Source: Octopus vulgaris (taxonomy: Eukaryota). Taken from it: DNA of 64,000 nt. The stretch spans positions 145,638,001-145,702,000 of the forward strand of contig OX597816.1 of NCBI GenBank assembly GCA_951406725.2. The letters run 5' to 3'. The notes under the pieces were generated by a model. The model made no database searches, had not been told where the DNA came from, and saw only the letters and a program-made list of their open reading frames with translations. This document shows, in pieces, positions 40,140 through 51,647 of the stretch. Both the position numbers and the translations under genes were made by a program. Each line of letters begins with the position of its first letter. The stretch's first letter is position 1.

Positions 40140-41450
40140 CCGGTTATAAATACGTTGGAATACTTGAGACAGATGGAATGGAATTAAACACAAGGATATG
40201 AAAGAAAAGACAAAGTGTACCTGTGGTGAGTGAGAAAAATATTGGCTCCAAAGCCGAATGCCATAAACAAGTTCGGCAGTAAACTCTCGCGCAGCTGCAG
40301 TAGTTCGGTATGGCGCTGGAATCCTGAAGTGGGCAGAGGATGAGCTAAAGGAGTTGAAGAAGAAGACAAGAAAGCTCCCAACGATGCATGGTGTCCATCT
40401 TCCACGTGCAGACACTGATTGCCTGTACATGAAGAAAGCAAATGGAGGAAGGGGACTGATAAGAGTGGAAGACTGCGTACGTATCGAACTCGCGAGTTTA
40501 ATGGCATACCTATTCCAAAGTAAGGAAAACTTGTTAGTGTCAGTTAGAAACGAGGGAGTATTGAGAGCAGAGAAAAAAGAGAAAACAAAAGAAGAAATAC
40601 AAAAAGGGTATGAAGACGAATTACGCTAGAAGGGACTACACACAATCAATTCTATATAAACACAACTGAAGTTTCTAGAAAACACATGTGGGATTGGCAG
40701 AAGAATGATCCAATGAAGAAAGTGACTGAGAGCACTGGCAAAGCAAGACCAAGATTTGGCCTCGAACTAGTGTGCCAACCTTAGAAATGAGTAAGTGTCT
40801 ACTCTGTGCCACGTCTTTAATAGAATGGACGAAACCCATTTCTATGTTGCGAATGAAAACCGTAGACTTGCCCAAAGCCATTACAAGTTGTAGCGACACG
40901 ATGGGTTAGCGAAAATGCTAAATTGTGCGAAAAGTGGTGGAAAAAAAGAGGTGCGGTATGAGCACAAACCGCAGAGAGCGGTGGAATCGGGGACTTGCAA
41001 AATCCTCTATAATTTCCCAGTCCAAACCGATGAGGTGCTGGAGCATAACAGACCGGACCTAGTGGTGGTCAACAAGATAACCACATGTGATATATAGTTG
41101 ATGTGGCGTGCCCCTTTGACCCACGAATAATCCAGAAAGAAGGCGAACAAATACATATATATAATCTTCTGAAGTAGGAAATAGCCCGGCTATATCAATT
41201 GAAGAAGGTTAAGATAGTGTTAGCTATTGTTGTGTCAGAAAGCAACATCAAGAGTAATATAAAGGAAATCAGAATATGGTGCCCAGTAAAACTGTCACAA
41301 AAGGCTTGCCTCCTTGACACGGTCGGAATAATCGGGAAAATATCTGATAGTAGAAAAGAACAGATTGCATGGCACCGTAAGCTACAGGCAGCAATCCCAC
41401 TACGCATTTAAGACTCTAGGAGTTACAATAAAATCTGTGATAATCTGTAT
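40140..41450 (+). mobile_element. R4/Dong-clade LINE, 5'-truncated and decayed
   Basis: AVVRYGAGILKW..KTRKLPTMHG.HLPRADTDCLYM..GGRGLI (RT thumb), RHDG, NFPVQTD..HNRPDLVVV, DVACPFD. Flanked by (AAT)n at 40046-40139 and 41458-41530. Confidence 0.85.
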
Positions 41451-41534
41451 TTTCATATAATAAAAGTAATAATAACAATAATAATGATAATAATAATAAT
41501 AAGAAGAAGAAGAGCAACAACAACAACTATAATA

Positions 41535-41588
<54 letters not shown>

Positions 41589-41589
41589 G

Positions 41590-41970
41590 TAACCGTGACA
41601 AGAGACGCCACGACAATATAGCCAGACTTGTCAGTTGGATACTTTGCAACAATTATGAACTTGACAGAGCAAAACAATTGGTACGACCACACACCTGAAG
41701 GCATCGTCGAAAATGGAAATGCAAAGATCCTATGGGATTTTATGAGTCAGTGCGACCATAAGACAGAGAATAGGAAGCCGGACATAGTCATACTTGAGAA
41801 AGAAAACAAACTATGCTGGGTCATAGATATAGCATGCCCAACTGGCAACAAGGTATGCGATAAGGAAGAAAGAAAAGTCGAGAGATGTGACAGGTTAGTT
41901 TGGGAAGTTAAGAAGTTGTGGTCGGTGAAAAAGGTAGCAGTAGTACCTGTGTTACCTTTGTTTACTGATA
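41590..41970 (+). mobile_element. R4/Dong-clade LINE endonuclease fragment
   Basis: RRHDNIA, WYDHTPEGIVENGNAKILWDF..RKPDIVI..IDIACP..WEVKKLW..VVPV, directly after a (GAT)n tract. Confidence 0.88.
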
Positions 41971-42049
41971 GTTAACAGCTGACACCGTAGTATATCTCCA
42001 GCGTTAGCAGCTGTACAAAGGCAATGATAATAATAATAGTAATAATAAT

Positions 42050-42345
42050 AGGTAAGTTATGGGGCAACAGGAAAGTAATGGTGATACCGGTGGCAGCTGG
42101 AGCCTTAGGAGCAGTGTCTAAGGGCTTTGAAAAACATATTAAGAATATTGGAGCTGCTGTCGGGCTCGAGGTGATCCATAAGACAGCGTAGTTGCGTAAA
42201 GCTCGCATTCTAAGGAGAGTATTGCCTCGTTGAGTCATAAGAGAAGGCACTACTTGAAACCTTTGATGATTTGTTATTGCCTGCTTTCAAGTAAAGAATG
42301 ACCAGTAATTAAGAACTAGCCGAGAGCCTTTCAGAATAAGAACAT
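42050..42345 (+). mobile_element. R4/Dong-clade LINE extreme 3' fragment
   Basis: LWGNRKVMVIPVAAGALGAVSKGFEKHIKNIG..ARILRRVL followed by a UTR, flanked by AAT-like repeats. Confidence 0.8.
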
Positions 42346-42364
42346 CGACAACAATAATAAGAAC

Positions 42365-42568
42365 CCTTTTAACTGTAGGCACATGTTCAGAGATTTTCAA
42401 GGAGGGGAAGTCAATTACATGAACCCCAGTGTTCGATTGGTACAGTTTTAATCGAGCCAAAAACAATGAAAGTTTACCGTGGAGCCACGTGAAATCAGAA
42501 CGTAAAAGCCGAAGAAATGATGCTAAGCGTTTTTGCCCGTCATTCTATGATTCTCTCAACTTGTCTTC
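42365..42568 (-). mobile_element. SINE family A, diverged
   Basis: ccccagtgttcgattggtac..cagaacgtaaaagccgaagaaat..ctaagcgtttttgcccg. Confidence 0.65.
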
Positions 42569-42754
42569 CAATTAGATACATATTTTTGTGTAAAAACGAT
42601 TACCACACTTTCATCTGAAAACATTTTTGTATTTCTTCGTCCTTGTTTATTCCCTATCCTCTCTCCCGCTTCTTATCGTTTCTCCCTTTACTTTCATCGC
42701 CCATTACTTTTTGTATGACCAGAGCAGAAGCATTCTTGTCTTCCTTGTAATTAA

Positions 42755-43120
42755 TAGGAGAATGATAATTAATGAATTCTATCATAGAATAAGAGCAATT
42801 CTGAAAGCTATATTGAATGCCAAGAACAAAATATAAGTTTATGAAAACGTTAGCATTGCTTCTACTCGCATATCGCTGGATCCTTTCTGAGATAACAAAG
42901 TTGTTTCAATGTCAAAAAGCCGTTGGAAATGCATTGTATGCTACACGCAAAACGAGGTATATCTCACATATAACTTCCGAGAAAAGAAAGCGGTTGGTAA
43001 ATTCCGCAATATTATCTCTCAAAACAAATTGCAGCCATGTGACTATCTGCCAAACTATAGCAAGCAAACGGAATGGATGATAAAGCTGCTTCTAAAGTAT
43101 AAAGGCGCCAAAAGAAATTG
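42755..43120 (+). mobile_element. R4/Dong-like RT thumb remnant
   Basis: EFYHRIRAILKAILNAKNKI..KTLA..W..SEI resembles the EY..R...ILKSELNA.NKI.AINT.A segment of this clade. Confidence 0.55.
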
Positions 43121-44974
43121 GTAAGCATATATAATAAATACCGAAAACATACTCGTGTATGTGTGCGCGTCCGTCTGTATGTTGTGCGAATTTGTGCGTG
43201 TGTGTGTATGTGTGTGTGTGCGCGCTTGAGTTTGTGTGTGAAGATAGCTACGTACGTATATGTATGTATCAATAATCTAGCCGTTGCAAGAGTGAATATG
43301 TATATTTTCACAAGTGAGAATTATAAAGACCAGACAGGAAGATAAAAAGTAAAATAGAAAACAATGACTACGCAACGAATATCCGATTCTAAACAATGTT
43401 ACTCACCAGAAATGTAGAACAGAGAGAGCAAAATATTTTTTGCACCTAAATTGTAATTGAGAAATACCTAGCGTGTGACTATGTAAATATATCTAGCAAA
43501 GATTAAAGGTAAATTAATAAAAACAACTACAAAATGTGTTCTGATTTCAATGAATCAACAAATAGTAACCACTATCGATAATATATTAGAAGTGAGGAGA
43601 CAGGGGAAACGACATACTTTGTTTTATAATTAAATTCAAAGTGATCTAATAATTACAATATAGAAGGTTGAGCTAACACGGTACCTGAACAAGCATACGA
43701 TCAAATGAGAAATTAAAAAAAAACAAGATAATATCGAAATTGATGATTGACTTCAAAGTGTGAGTCCTGCGTCTGAGATTTACCATTCTTTTGTTTGTTC
43801 ATTCTGTCAGTATTTGGAAGGCTACCAGCAGAGCTCGTTAAAACATAAGCCTGATACGAAGGCCCGTGTCTGGATATTTGTAAGAAGGGGAAAATGATTA
43901 AGCCCTGTATTTTTGGCTGGGGAATGTTTAATCATGTTTAATTAAATATAGATCAATTATTGACGAATCCTCTAATGCAAGAGTAGGAAAACTAACTTTG
44001 ACTATTATACTAAGGATCTAATATTACAATACATTAAATATAATCAATATGAGAGACCACCTCTGCTCTTATTATTTAATCACAATAGTTTCATTTCACT
44101 TTTTGTTCAGGTAGCAGATGGACAGCATAAGCTGTCGACCCGGGCAAAACATCGGGCTTGTCCTTTCTAAGTAATTATAAGCAAAAAGTGAAACAATGTT
44201 TCTCGAGACACTCACCACATACAATTTTTTCCTGCACATCGAAAGCTTAAAATGATTGCTTACATATTCATAATTTCTACCACAGTTAAGATATTTCGAT
44301 CAGTTAAATCTATTTATGTCGTCCATCTGATTCCCTATCAATTGTGTATAGCAAAAACACGCTAACACATAATATATATATATATTTATATTAATATATT
44401 AGTTAAATATATATATATATATTAATATATTAGTTATATATATATATATATATCTTAATATATTAGTTAAATATTTAATATTTAACTAAGTCACTGAGTA
44501 CTAATTGAAGCAGCTGTAATTGATGATGATTGATTTGTTGGTAATAATAAACAATTATTTATTTTCCAATATCTATTTTCATTTTCTTCTTATATATATA
44601 GTCTACAGATTAGATCCACAGAATCTCAGTATAGAAGACACTTAGTAGTATTAAACATAATAGTTTACATAATATGTGTAATATGTATAATATGTATATG
44701 TGTATACACGCAAAACGAGAGAAAGCAAAAGATCGAAACTTTCAGATTAATATTTAAGTATAAATGTATAGCTTTTTTATATTAATAGGTCAAACTTACG
44801 CAAAGTACAAACGGTAGAGAAAACTAAAGGCGGGGAAGAGAGGTGTTATAAGAGCACCAGCTGTTTCTGGGGGATCGTAGATCCAATATAAAGTTGATAG
44901 ATGTGGTTCATCAACATATGTGGCCAAAGCGATAAGACGGGCACATGTCATCGGAGTAGAGCATATCTTGCATT

Positions 44975-45114
44975 TCTACCAAATCCACTCACAAGGCTTT
45001 GGTCGGCCCGAAGCTATAGTAGAAGACACTTGCCCAAGATGCCACGCAGTGGAACTGAACCCAGAACCATGTGGTAGGTAAGCAAGCTACTTACCACAAA
45101 GCCACTCCTGCGCC
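44975..45114 (-). mobile_element. SINE family B, 5' part
   Basis: Matches 47416-47556. Confidence 0.9.
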
Positions 45115-45187
45115 TATATGTTTGAACATATTATTTAATGTAGCGCCCCGAACGTACTTATTTTGTAACCATTCTGTGAATATCTTC

Positions 45188-45245
45188 ATGGCGGTGCTCC
45201 AGCATGGCCGCAGTCAAATGTCTGAATCGAGTAAAACAATAAAAG
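45188..45245 (+). mobile_element. SINE family B 3'-tail fragment
   Basis: ggcggtgctccagcatggccgcagtcaaatgtctgaatcgagtaaaa. Confidence 0.8.
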
Positions 45246-46203
45246 TATATAGGAGTGGCTATGCGGAACTTAAATACTGAACTCTTCATATTGTTGAAGC
45301 CTCTTCATGGTGGTTACCTCAGAATACCATCATCAAAATATTATAATTACTCTTCGTAGGTAACATTGCTTCCAGCCATAACGTCCTTCACTCCTACTAC
45401 TTCTGGTGCAATTAGCAGACAATTCTATTCTGTCAGATATACAAATAATATGTGTGGGAATTTTTCTCAAGGTAACGCAGTAGTTTCTCTCTCTTTCTCT
45501 CTCTCTCTCTATCTCCCTTTATATATGTGTGTGTGTGTGCGTGTGTGTTCGTGCGTGTGTGTGAGTGTGTATATATGTGTATGGTTATATATACATATAA
45601 ATACATATATACATACATATACCATATCATATTGGAACCTTTAAAATATCGGAAAAAGACGCGAATTCTTAAATGCCGAAAAAAAAAACAAAGACAAAAG
45701 GTAGAATGTTAATTAACATGAATTTGCAAAGGATGAAGAACTGCCCTCACAACTGGACATGCCAATTCTTAGAGACAGTAAGATTAGCTCTAATCGCCAG
45801 ATGTCATTGTCTAAGACAGTCGTGAAATAAATGCCCTTTAAACGACAAAATAATCCTAACTGACAATGATTTATCTCTACGTGAATGAAAGAAATATCAT
45901 AAGATAAATAAATGCAAATAGGAATAAATAAGAAGAAATAGTCATCTGGCAAAAACATTCATCAATATAATTGACGCTTTGATTTTCCTTTAAGAAAATA
46001 CAAATCTTGTTTTGAGGAATTATGCATAACGATCAGCATGGTGGCACGTTCAATAATTTCTCTGCTTGTTATATGTAGAATGCAATCATAATGCAGGAAA
46101 GAAACTAGTAAGGTAATATCTGAGTTTGTGTGCGAATGTATGTGTGTGTGTCTATATTTATACACACACATTTCTATGTATGTAGTTGTAAATATGAGTG
46201 TAT

Positions 46204-47091
46204 GGATCTTTTCAATTCTGAAGCCAGGACCACAGATCTTTCTACTTAACTAAATATTCTGAAACTTCGTATGCTGATAGAGTCTAGCAAAACAAGACAC
46301 AGGTTGGAACTAGTTTATTTGAGAAAAACCTATTTTATGACTTTAATCGTAGATTAAAACTGCGAATTTTAACCAATCAGATTGTTTGTTTTCATGTGTA
46401 AAACTTGACTGCATTCTATTAGTGTGACGTAGAAAGCGCTTTTGTGACGTACTAACGTTCGGAAAACTGTAAACAAACACAGAACGTAACGGCAGACGAA
46501 ATACGGCTACGCATTTCGCCCGGCGTGCTAACGTTTCTGCCAGCTCTTTGCTTTTTTAATATTAAATTTCTTGCCTTTTGCACAAATAAATACAATAAGT
46601 GAAATGAAACGCATTAGCTTAGAAACGAAATCTTGTTAGAAGCCTCGTCACTGAGATGCCACTTCTTAATAGCAAACGAAAGCAAGTACTAACAGAATGG
46701 AAACATTTTCAATTTAATACATGTGGCTTATTAACTAGTTTTAAATATTGTTATTAGAAGGTGGCTGAATATAGGATCCTGGAAACATGAGTACGTTAAA
46801 TAATTAGAAGGAGATTTCACGGAGAAATGCGGCTTGTTTACATTTAAGATGTTTAATACGTCACCAAATTGGTGGTCGAGACGGAGTAAATAAAATAAAG
46901 CCGAATGACGGAATATCATTGGTTAAAATTCTAATTATTAAACAACGTTAAACTTAGAAGTTACAATTCCGTTTTCATTCTGGTTTACAATTAAGTTTAC
47001 TTTTGACACATTCTACCAGTATACGAAGTTTCAAATTGTTTGGTTCAGTAGGAAAAATTTGAAAAAACTGGCTTCAGAATTGAAAAGATCC
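46204..47091. mobile_element. Mutator/MULE-type MITE with 9-bp TSD
   Basis: Perfect 24 bp TIR GGATCTTTTCAATTCTGAAGCCAG that continues imperfectly inward. Exact TSD TGAGTGTAT at 46195-46203 and 47092-47100. Confidence 0.92.
46480..46547 (-). mobile_element. SINE family A head fragment nested in MITE
   Basis: cagaacgtaacggcagacgaaatacggctacgcatttcgcccggcgtgctaacgtttctgccagctc. Confidence 0.9.
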
Positions 47092-47117
47092 TGAGTGTAT
47101 ATATATATATATATATA

Positions 47118-47335
47118 CTCTTTTACTCTTTTACTTGTTTCAGTCATTTGACTGCGGTCATGCTGGAGCACCGCCTTTAATCGAGCAACTCGACCCCGGG
47201 ACTTATGCTTTGTAAGCCCAGTACTTTTTCTATCGGTCGCTTTTGCCGAACCACTAAGTTACAGGGACATAAACACACCAGCATCGGTTGTCAAACAATG
47301 CTAGGGGGACAAACACAGACACACAAACGCATACA

Positions 47336-47389
<54 letters not shown>

Positions 47390-47556
47390 CATAGGACGGG
47401 CTTCTTTCAGATTCCGTCTACCAAATCCACTCACAAGGCTTTGGTCGGCCCGAGGCTATAGTAGAAGACACTTGCCCAAGGTGCCATGCAGTGGGACTGA
47501 ACCAGGAACGATGTGGTTGGTTAGCAAGCTACTTACCACACAGCCACTCCTGCGCC
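47118..47556 (-). mobile_element. SINE family B, full length, with internal microsatellite
   Basis: Head ggcgcaggagtggctgtgtggtaag..ggttcagtcc, CORE-like accttgggcaagt, internal (TA)n, and 3' tail gactgaaacaagtaaaagagtaaaagag. Confidence 0.92.
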
Positions 47557-47608
47557 TATATATGCATATTTATACATGCACACAATTCTATATATATTGT
47601 TGTGTGTG

Positions 47609-47704
<96 letters not shown>

Positions 47705-48536
47705 TGTGTGTGTTCGTGTGTGCATGTGAGAGAGAGAGAATATGTGACATGTTTTAGTACTTTTATTTTATATACATACACACACAATCTAATCTTATGA
47801 TATTACTCAAAATTGTATGCAAATGACTGTTATTTGCATACATTTTTCTGCACAAATTTTCTTTATCAGTGTATGCAAAGTGCGAAACCTATGGAAAAAT
47901 GACAGTAATTTTACCATTTCTTTCGTATTTCATAATGAAATTGACCTGCATGACCATGCTCGCATATTATATAAAGCGAGACTGTAGCGCCACTAGCGAA
48001 TTGTCGTTATGTAGTAGCCTCAGAACAATTTAGCTTCTTTATCAATCCAATGATTATATATAAATTAAAATTTGATGATTGGACACACTATAGTCTAGCC
48101 GGTTAAATTCTTGGCAAATTTTCTCAAAAATTTTTAAACATTACGTTTGATTAGTTGAAGCCTTATATTGATTGTATAATGCCGTTAACGAATGAATGTA
48201 ACCGATTAAGAAAAGTTCTGAATGCAAATGCATAATAACTTTGCGGCCCATGGCAAAGGGAGGGTATGTGTATGCACAAGGAACTAAAGGATGTATGTAG
48301 CAAATTTCTTAAAACGAGAGACACTACCTATCGCAATGGATATGAATATGTGTGTACACATGCACATATATTTTCGATCATATGTTAAATAGATATAGAG
48401 CAACATCTGTGTGATTAGAGAGACTGTGGTTAAGCAACGTGCCTAATATATGCCGGGAAATAATTATAAACAAATACAAATACATATATAAGCAAACATA
48501 ATTCATACTTCCATACCTACACCCGCCCCGTATATA

Positions 48537-48596
<60 letters not shown>

Positions 48597-48752
48597 CGAC
48601 GGCTTCTTTCAGTTTCCGCCTACCAAATCCACATGTCTTTGGTCGGCCTGAGACTATAGTAGAAGACACTTGTCCAAGGTGCCACGCATTAGGACTGAAC
48701 CCGGAACCATGTAGTTGGTAAGCAAGCTACTTACTACACAGCCACTCCTGCG
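48597..48752 (-). mobile_element. SINE family B, 5' half
   Basis: Matches 47395-47556 and ends at the internal (TA)n. Confidence 0.9.
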
Positions 48753-48765
48753 TACATATGTGTGT

Positions 48766-48804
<39 letters not shown>

Positions 48805-49027
48805 AGTGTGTGTGTGTGTTTTCAAAGATAATATGGAAGTATAACAAAAGGATCAAACGGATAATAATAATTTCATATCGTTTGATATTGTTATGATCCT
48901 TTGGACGATAACTGATGAAGATTTAGCAAAATTCTATATGTATATTTTCCGTTTTTTCTTTTCTTGTACTCCTATGTAATGCTTGAACAGTCATGTGGCT
49001 GAAACTAGTAAAAGAATGAAAGAATAT

Positions 49028-49220
49028 ACGAGTGGCTTTGTGGTAAGAAGCTTGTTTCCAACTTTATGATTCCTGGTTCACTTGCACTGCATGGCATCTT
49101 GGGCGACTGGTTTTTTTTTTTGCTATAGCTTGTGGCCGACCAAATCCTTGTGAGTGTATTTGGTACATGGAAACTGAAAGATGTCCGTCGTGTATATATA
49201 TATATATGTATATGTTTTTA

Positions 49221-49251
<31 letters not shown>

Positions 49252-49370
49252 TTGTCCCCCCACCGTCGCTTGACAACCGATGTTTGGTGTGTTTATGTCT
49301 ACGTAACTTAGTGGTTCGGCAAAAATCCCCGATAGAATTGGTACTAGGCTTACAAATAATGAGTCCTGGG
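49028..49370 (+). mobile_element. SINE family B, nearly full length
   Basis: gagtggctttgtggtaagaagcttg..ggaaactgaaaga..(TA/TG)n..gtcccccaccgtcgcttgacaaccgat. Confidence 0.9.
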
Positions 49371-49374
49371 ATGA

Positions 49375-49830
49375 AATCACTAAATCACTGCAAAAAATCT
49401 CACAAAGGCAAAACTATTTTCTAAAATATCGGACGCAAAAGTGAAGAAATGTAGTCGCTCAAATTGCACAACATGCCCAAACTTTCTAGAAGGATAAGAA
49501 TTCCTTTTTAAAGAGGGACAAAAATTGAAAATCAAATCTGATTTTACTCGTACCTCAGAAAACCTGATTTATGTTATAAGATGCTCGGGCAGCCACCAAA
49601 ACTACATAGGATCCACAGGATTATCGCCTAGACGCAAACGCACTCTGCATCAACAGTAGATTGCATTCCAGAATACATATACCCTTTAGTGAATACATTG
49701 AGAGATGCGCAAAGCAACTTCTACCACAGTTTGTAATCTTTCCATTTTATCAATGTGCCATTGGAACACCAACATAAGTTAGATTAACTAAGAAAACCTA
49801 TTTCTTTGTAAAATATAAACCAAAACTTAA
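49375..49830 (+). mobile_element. Penelope-like element remnant (GIY-YIG endonuclease)
   Basis: Manual translation: VKKCSRSNCTTCPNFLEG*EFLFKEGQKLKIKSDFTRTSENLIYVIRCSGSHQNYIGSTG..KYKPKLN. Confidence 0.85.
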
Positions 49831-51647
49831 CTATCTCTTGCATTTTTATATTGGGAAACTTACATCATTGAAAAATATAAAGCAAAACTTAAACACTTCT
49901 AACATTTTATCCTATCAAAACAAAATCATGCTAAATTAATAAAACCTAACCATTCCCAACATTTTTTATTATCTCCCTTATACCGAAAAATCCCTGATTA
50001 CCTCCCTCTGTTTGAAACACTCCTACATCACACCAAAGCGATTTTGACGGTGAGTTTATGTTAAGCCAAGACTAATTTGTTCTTCCCTGTTTCATGATGC
50101 ACGCGTGGTTGAAGCATAATATCTATTTTCAAAGTGATTTCGGAATGTATTTACTTAAAGCTCACTCACAAAGAAATCACACATGTAAAATCAAATTTGT
50201 TTTGTCGGGTTCTCTGTCCCATAATAAAGTGCAGAACTGCATTACTATGTAAAAATCTGCAGCTACTGCATGATCTCGCCTATATTATCACTCGACATGT
50301 TCTTTCAAATACATGACCGGTTCTATTCTGGAGTGATTTAAGTGAAACTAAAGCGACAAAATTCTTTATCGTCTCGTTCTCTTCACTTTCCTTGTCGATG
50401 CCACGATCTCCGTTTCTTATTATAATAATATAATTTTAGTCAAGGAATTTATATTTACAGAATTCCTAAATTGAAAATTAAAGAAAATCTACTAAAATAA
50501 AGAAGAAGATACTAACTCCTATATACAAACGGAGACGCACACATACACATAAATATATATTTACACAAACTCGCACATCTAAGGAAATTAAAATGAAAGA
50601 CATTAACGCCAGTGTCAGAAGAGCTTCCGTGTCAAATATAAAGAAAAATTAACAGTAACATAAATATAATAATTGAGTGAATACTACTAATAAAAAAAAA
50701 CATTCAAAAGAGAAGCCAAAATCATTACAAAGGTTGAAATAAAAGAACAGAAGAAATAAAATATAAAGGAAAAAGAGATCAAATAAGATATTACAATGTG
50801 TTCCATTAAAATTGCCTCAGGATATAAGCGAACACAATGTACAGGACATCAGCTTTCTTTCTCATAGCTACTGTTACACGATAGTATATTTCAATCATAA
50901 TTTCGACAATCATTTATCATTCTTCCATACATATACTGATAATTATTTATCATACACTGATATAGGCTTACTGGCATCTACCTCGTGGTTATTCATGTCA
51001 AAGCATTTCAGTTGTCGTATCCCCCGGCCTTCTTCCGGTGACTTTTGGTAAGCTGGTAACTTTCAGATACAATCATATATACAATTTTCTTTATTCCACG
51101 GAGGAAGATTGTTTATATTTCGTTTTGTATGCATAGACAAAGTTATCATTCTGTTTCTCGCTTCTGCCCAATTTCAGAAGAACAAATATCTAAAGCTGGT
51201 TAAATATTTTCACTTCGATATTTTCTAAATGTTATGAAATACGAAACGTAAGTAAACATGACATGAGGTTAAACTGATTACTGAGATTATCTCAAAATAA
51301 GTTTGTAAGTGTAAATATTTCTTGTAGATTCTTACCTGATGGAAGTGAAATTAAGCGAGACGAATTTACTCCTTGAATTATTTACCAGCAACCAGCATAA
51401 GACTTCGAGATAATTTGTAGGAATGTCATGTATCTTCTCATGCACAAAAAATTTTAAATGTCAAGTTTTTAATGAGTATAAATCTCTAATTGCAAGAGTA
51501 TCTTCTCTAGCTTATTGACTCAAGCGGCATCTTCATTATAGCTGCACCTTCTCAAAAAAACTCATTCCTCTGACCGATAACAAAGAAAAAGAGGAAGCCA
51601 CTGACAAGAAGATTTGATTTTACGAAGGTATAGAACAAATACATATA

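Noticed and set aside
44835-44960. Minus-strand GAAACAGCTG with upstream (c/t)GATGA
   Set aside because: No coherent stem II links the two boxes.
48975-49015. cagtc-atgt-ggctg-AAACTAGTA, hammerhead-like 3' half
   Set aside because: The CTGANGA box is not recognisable at the right position.
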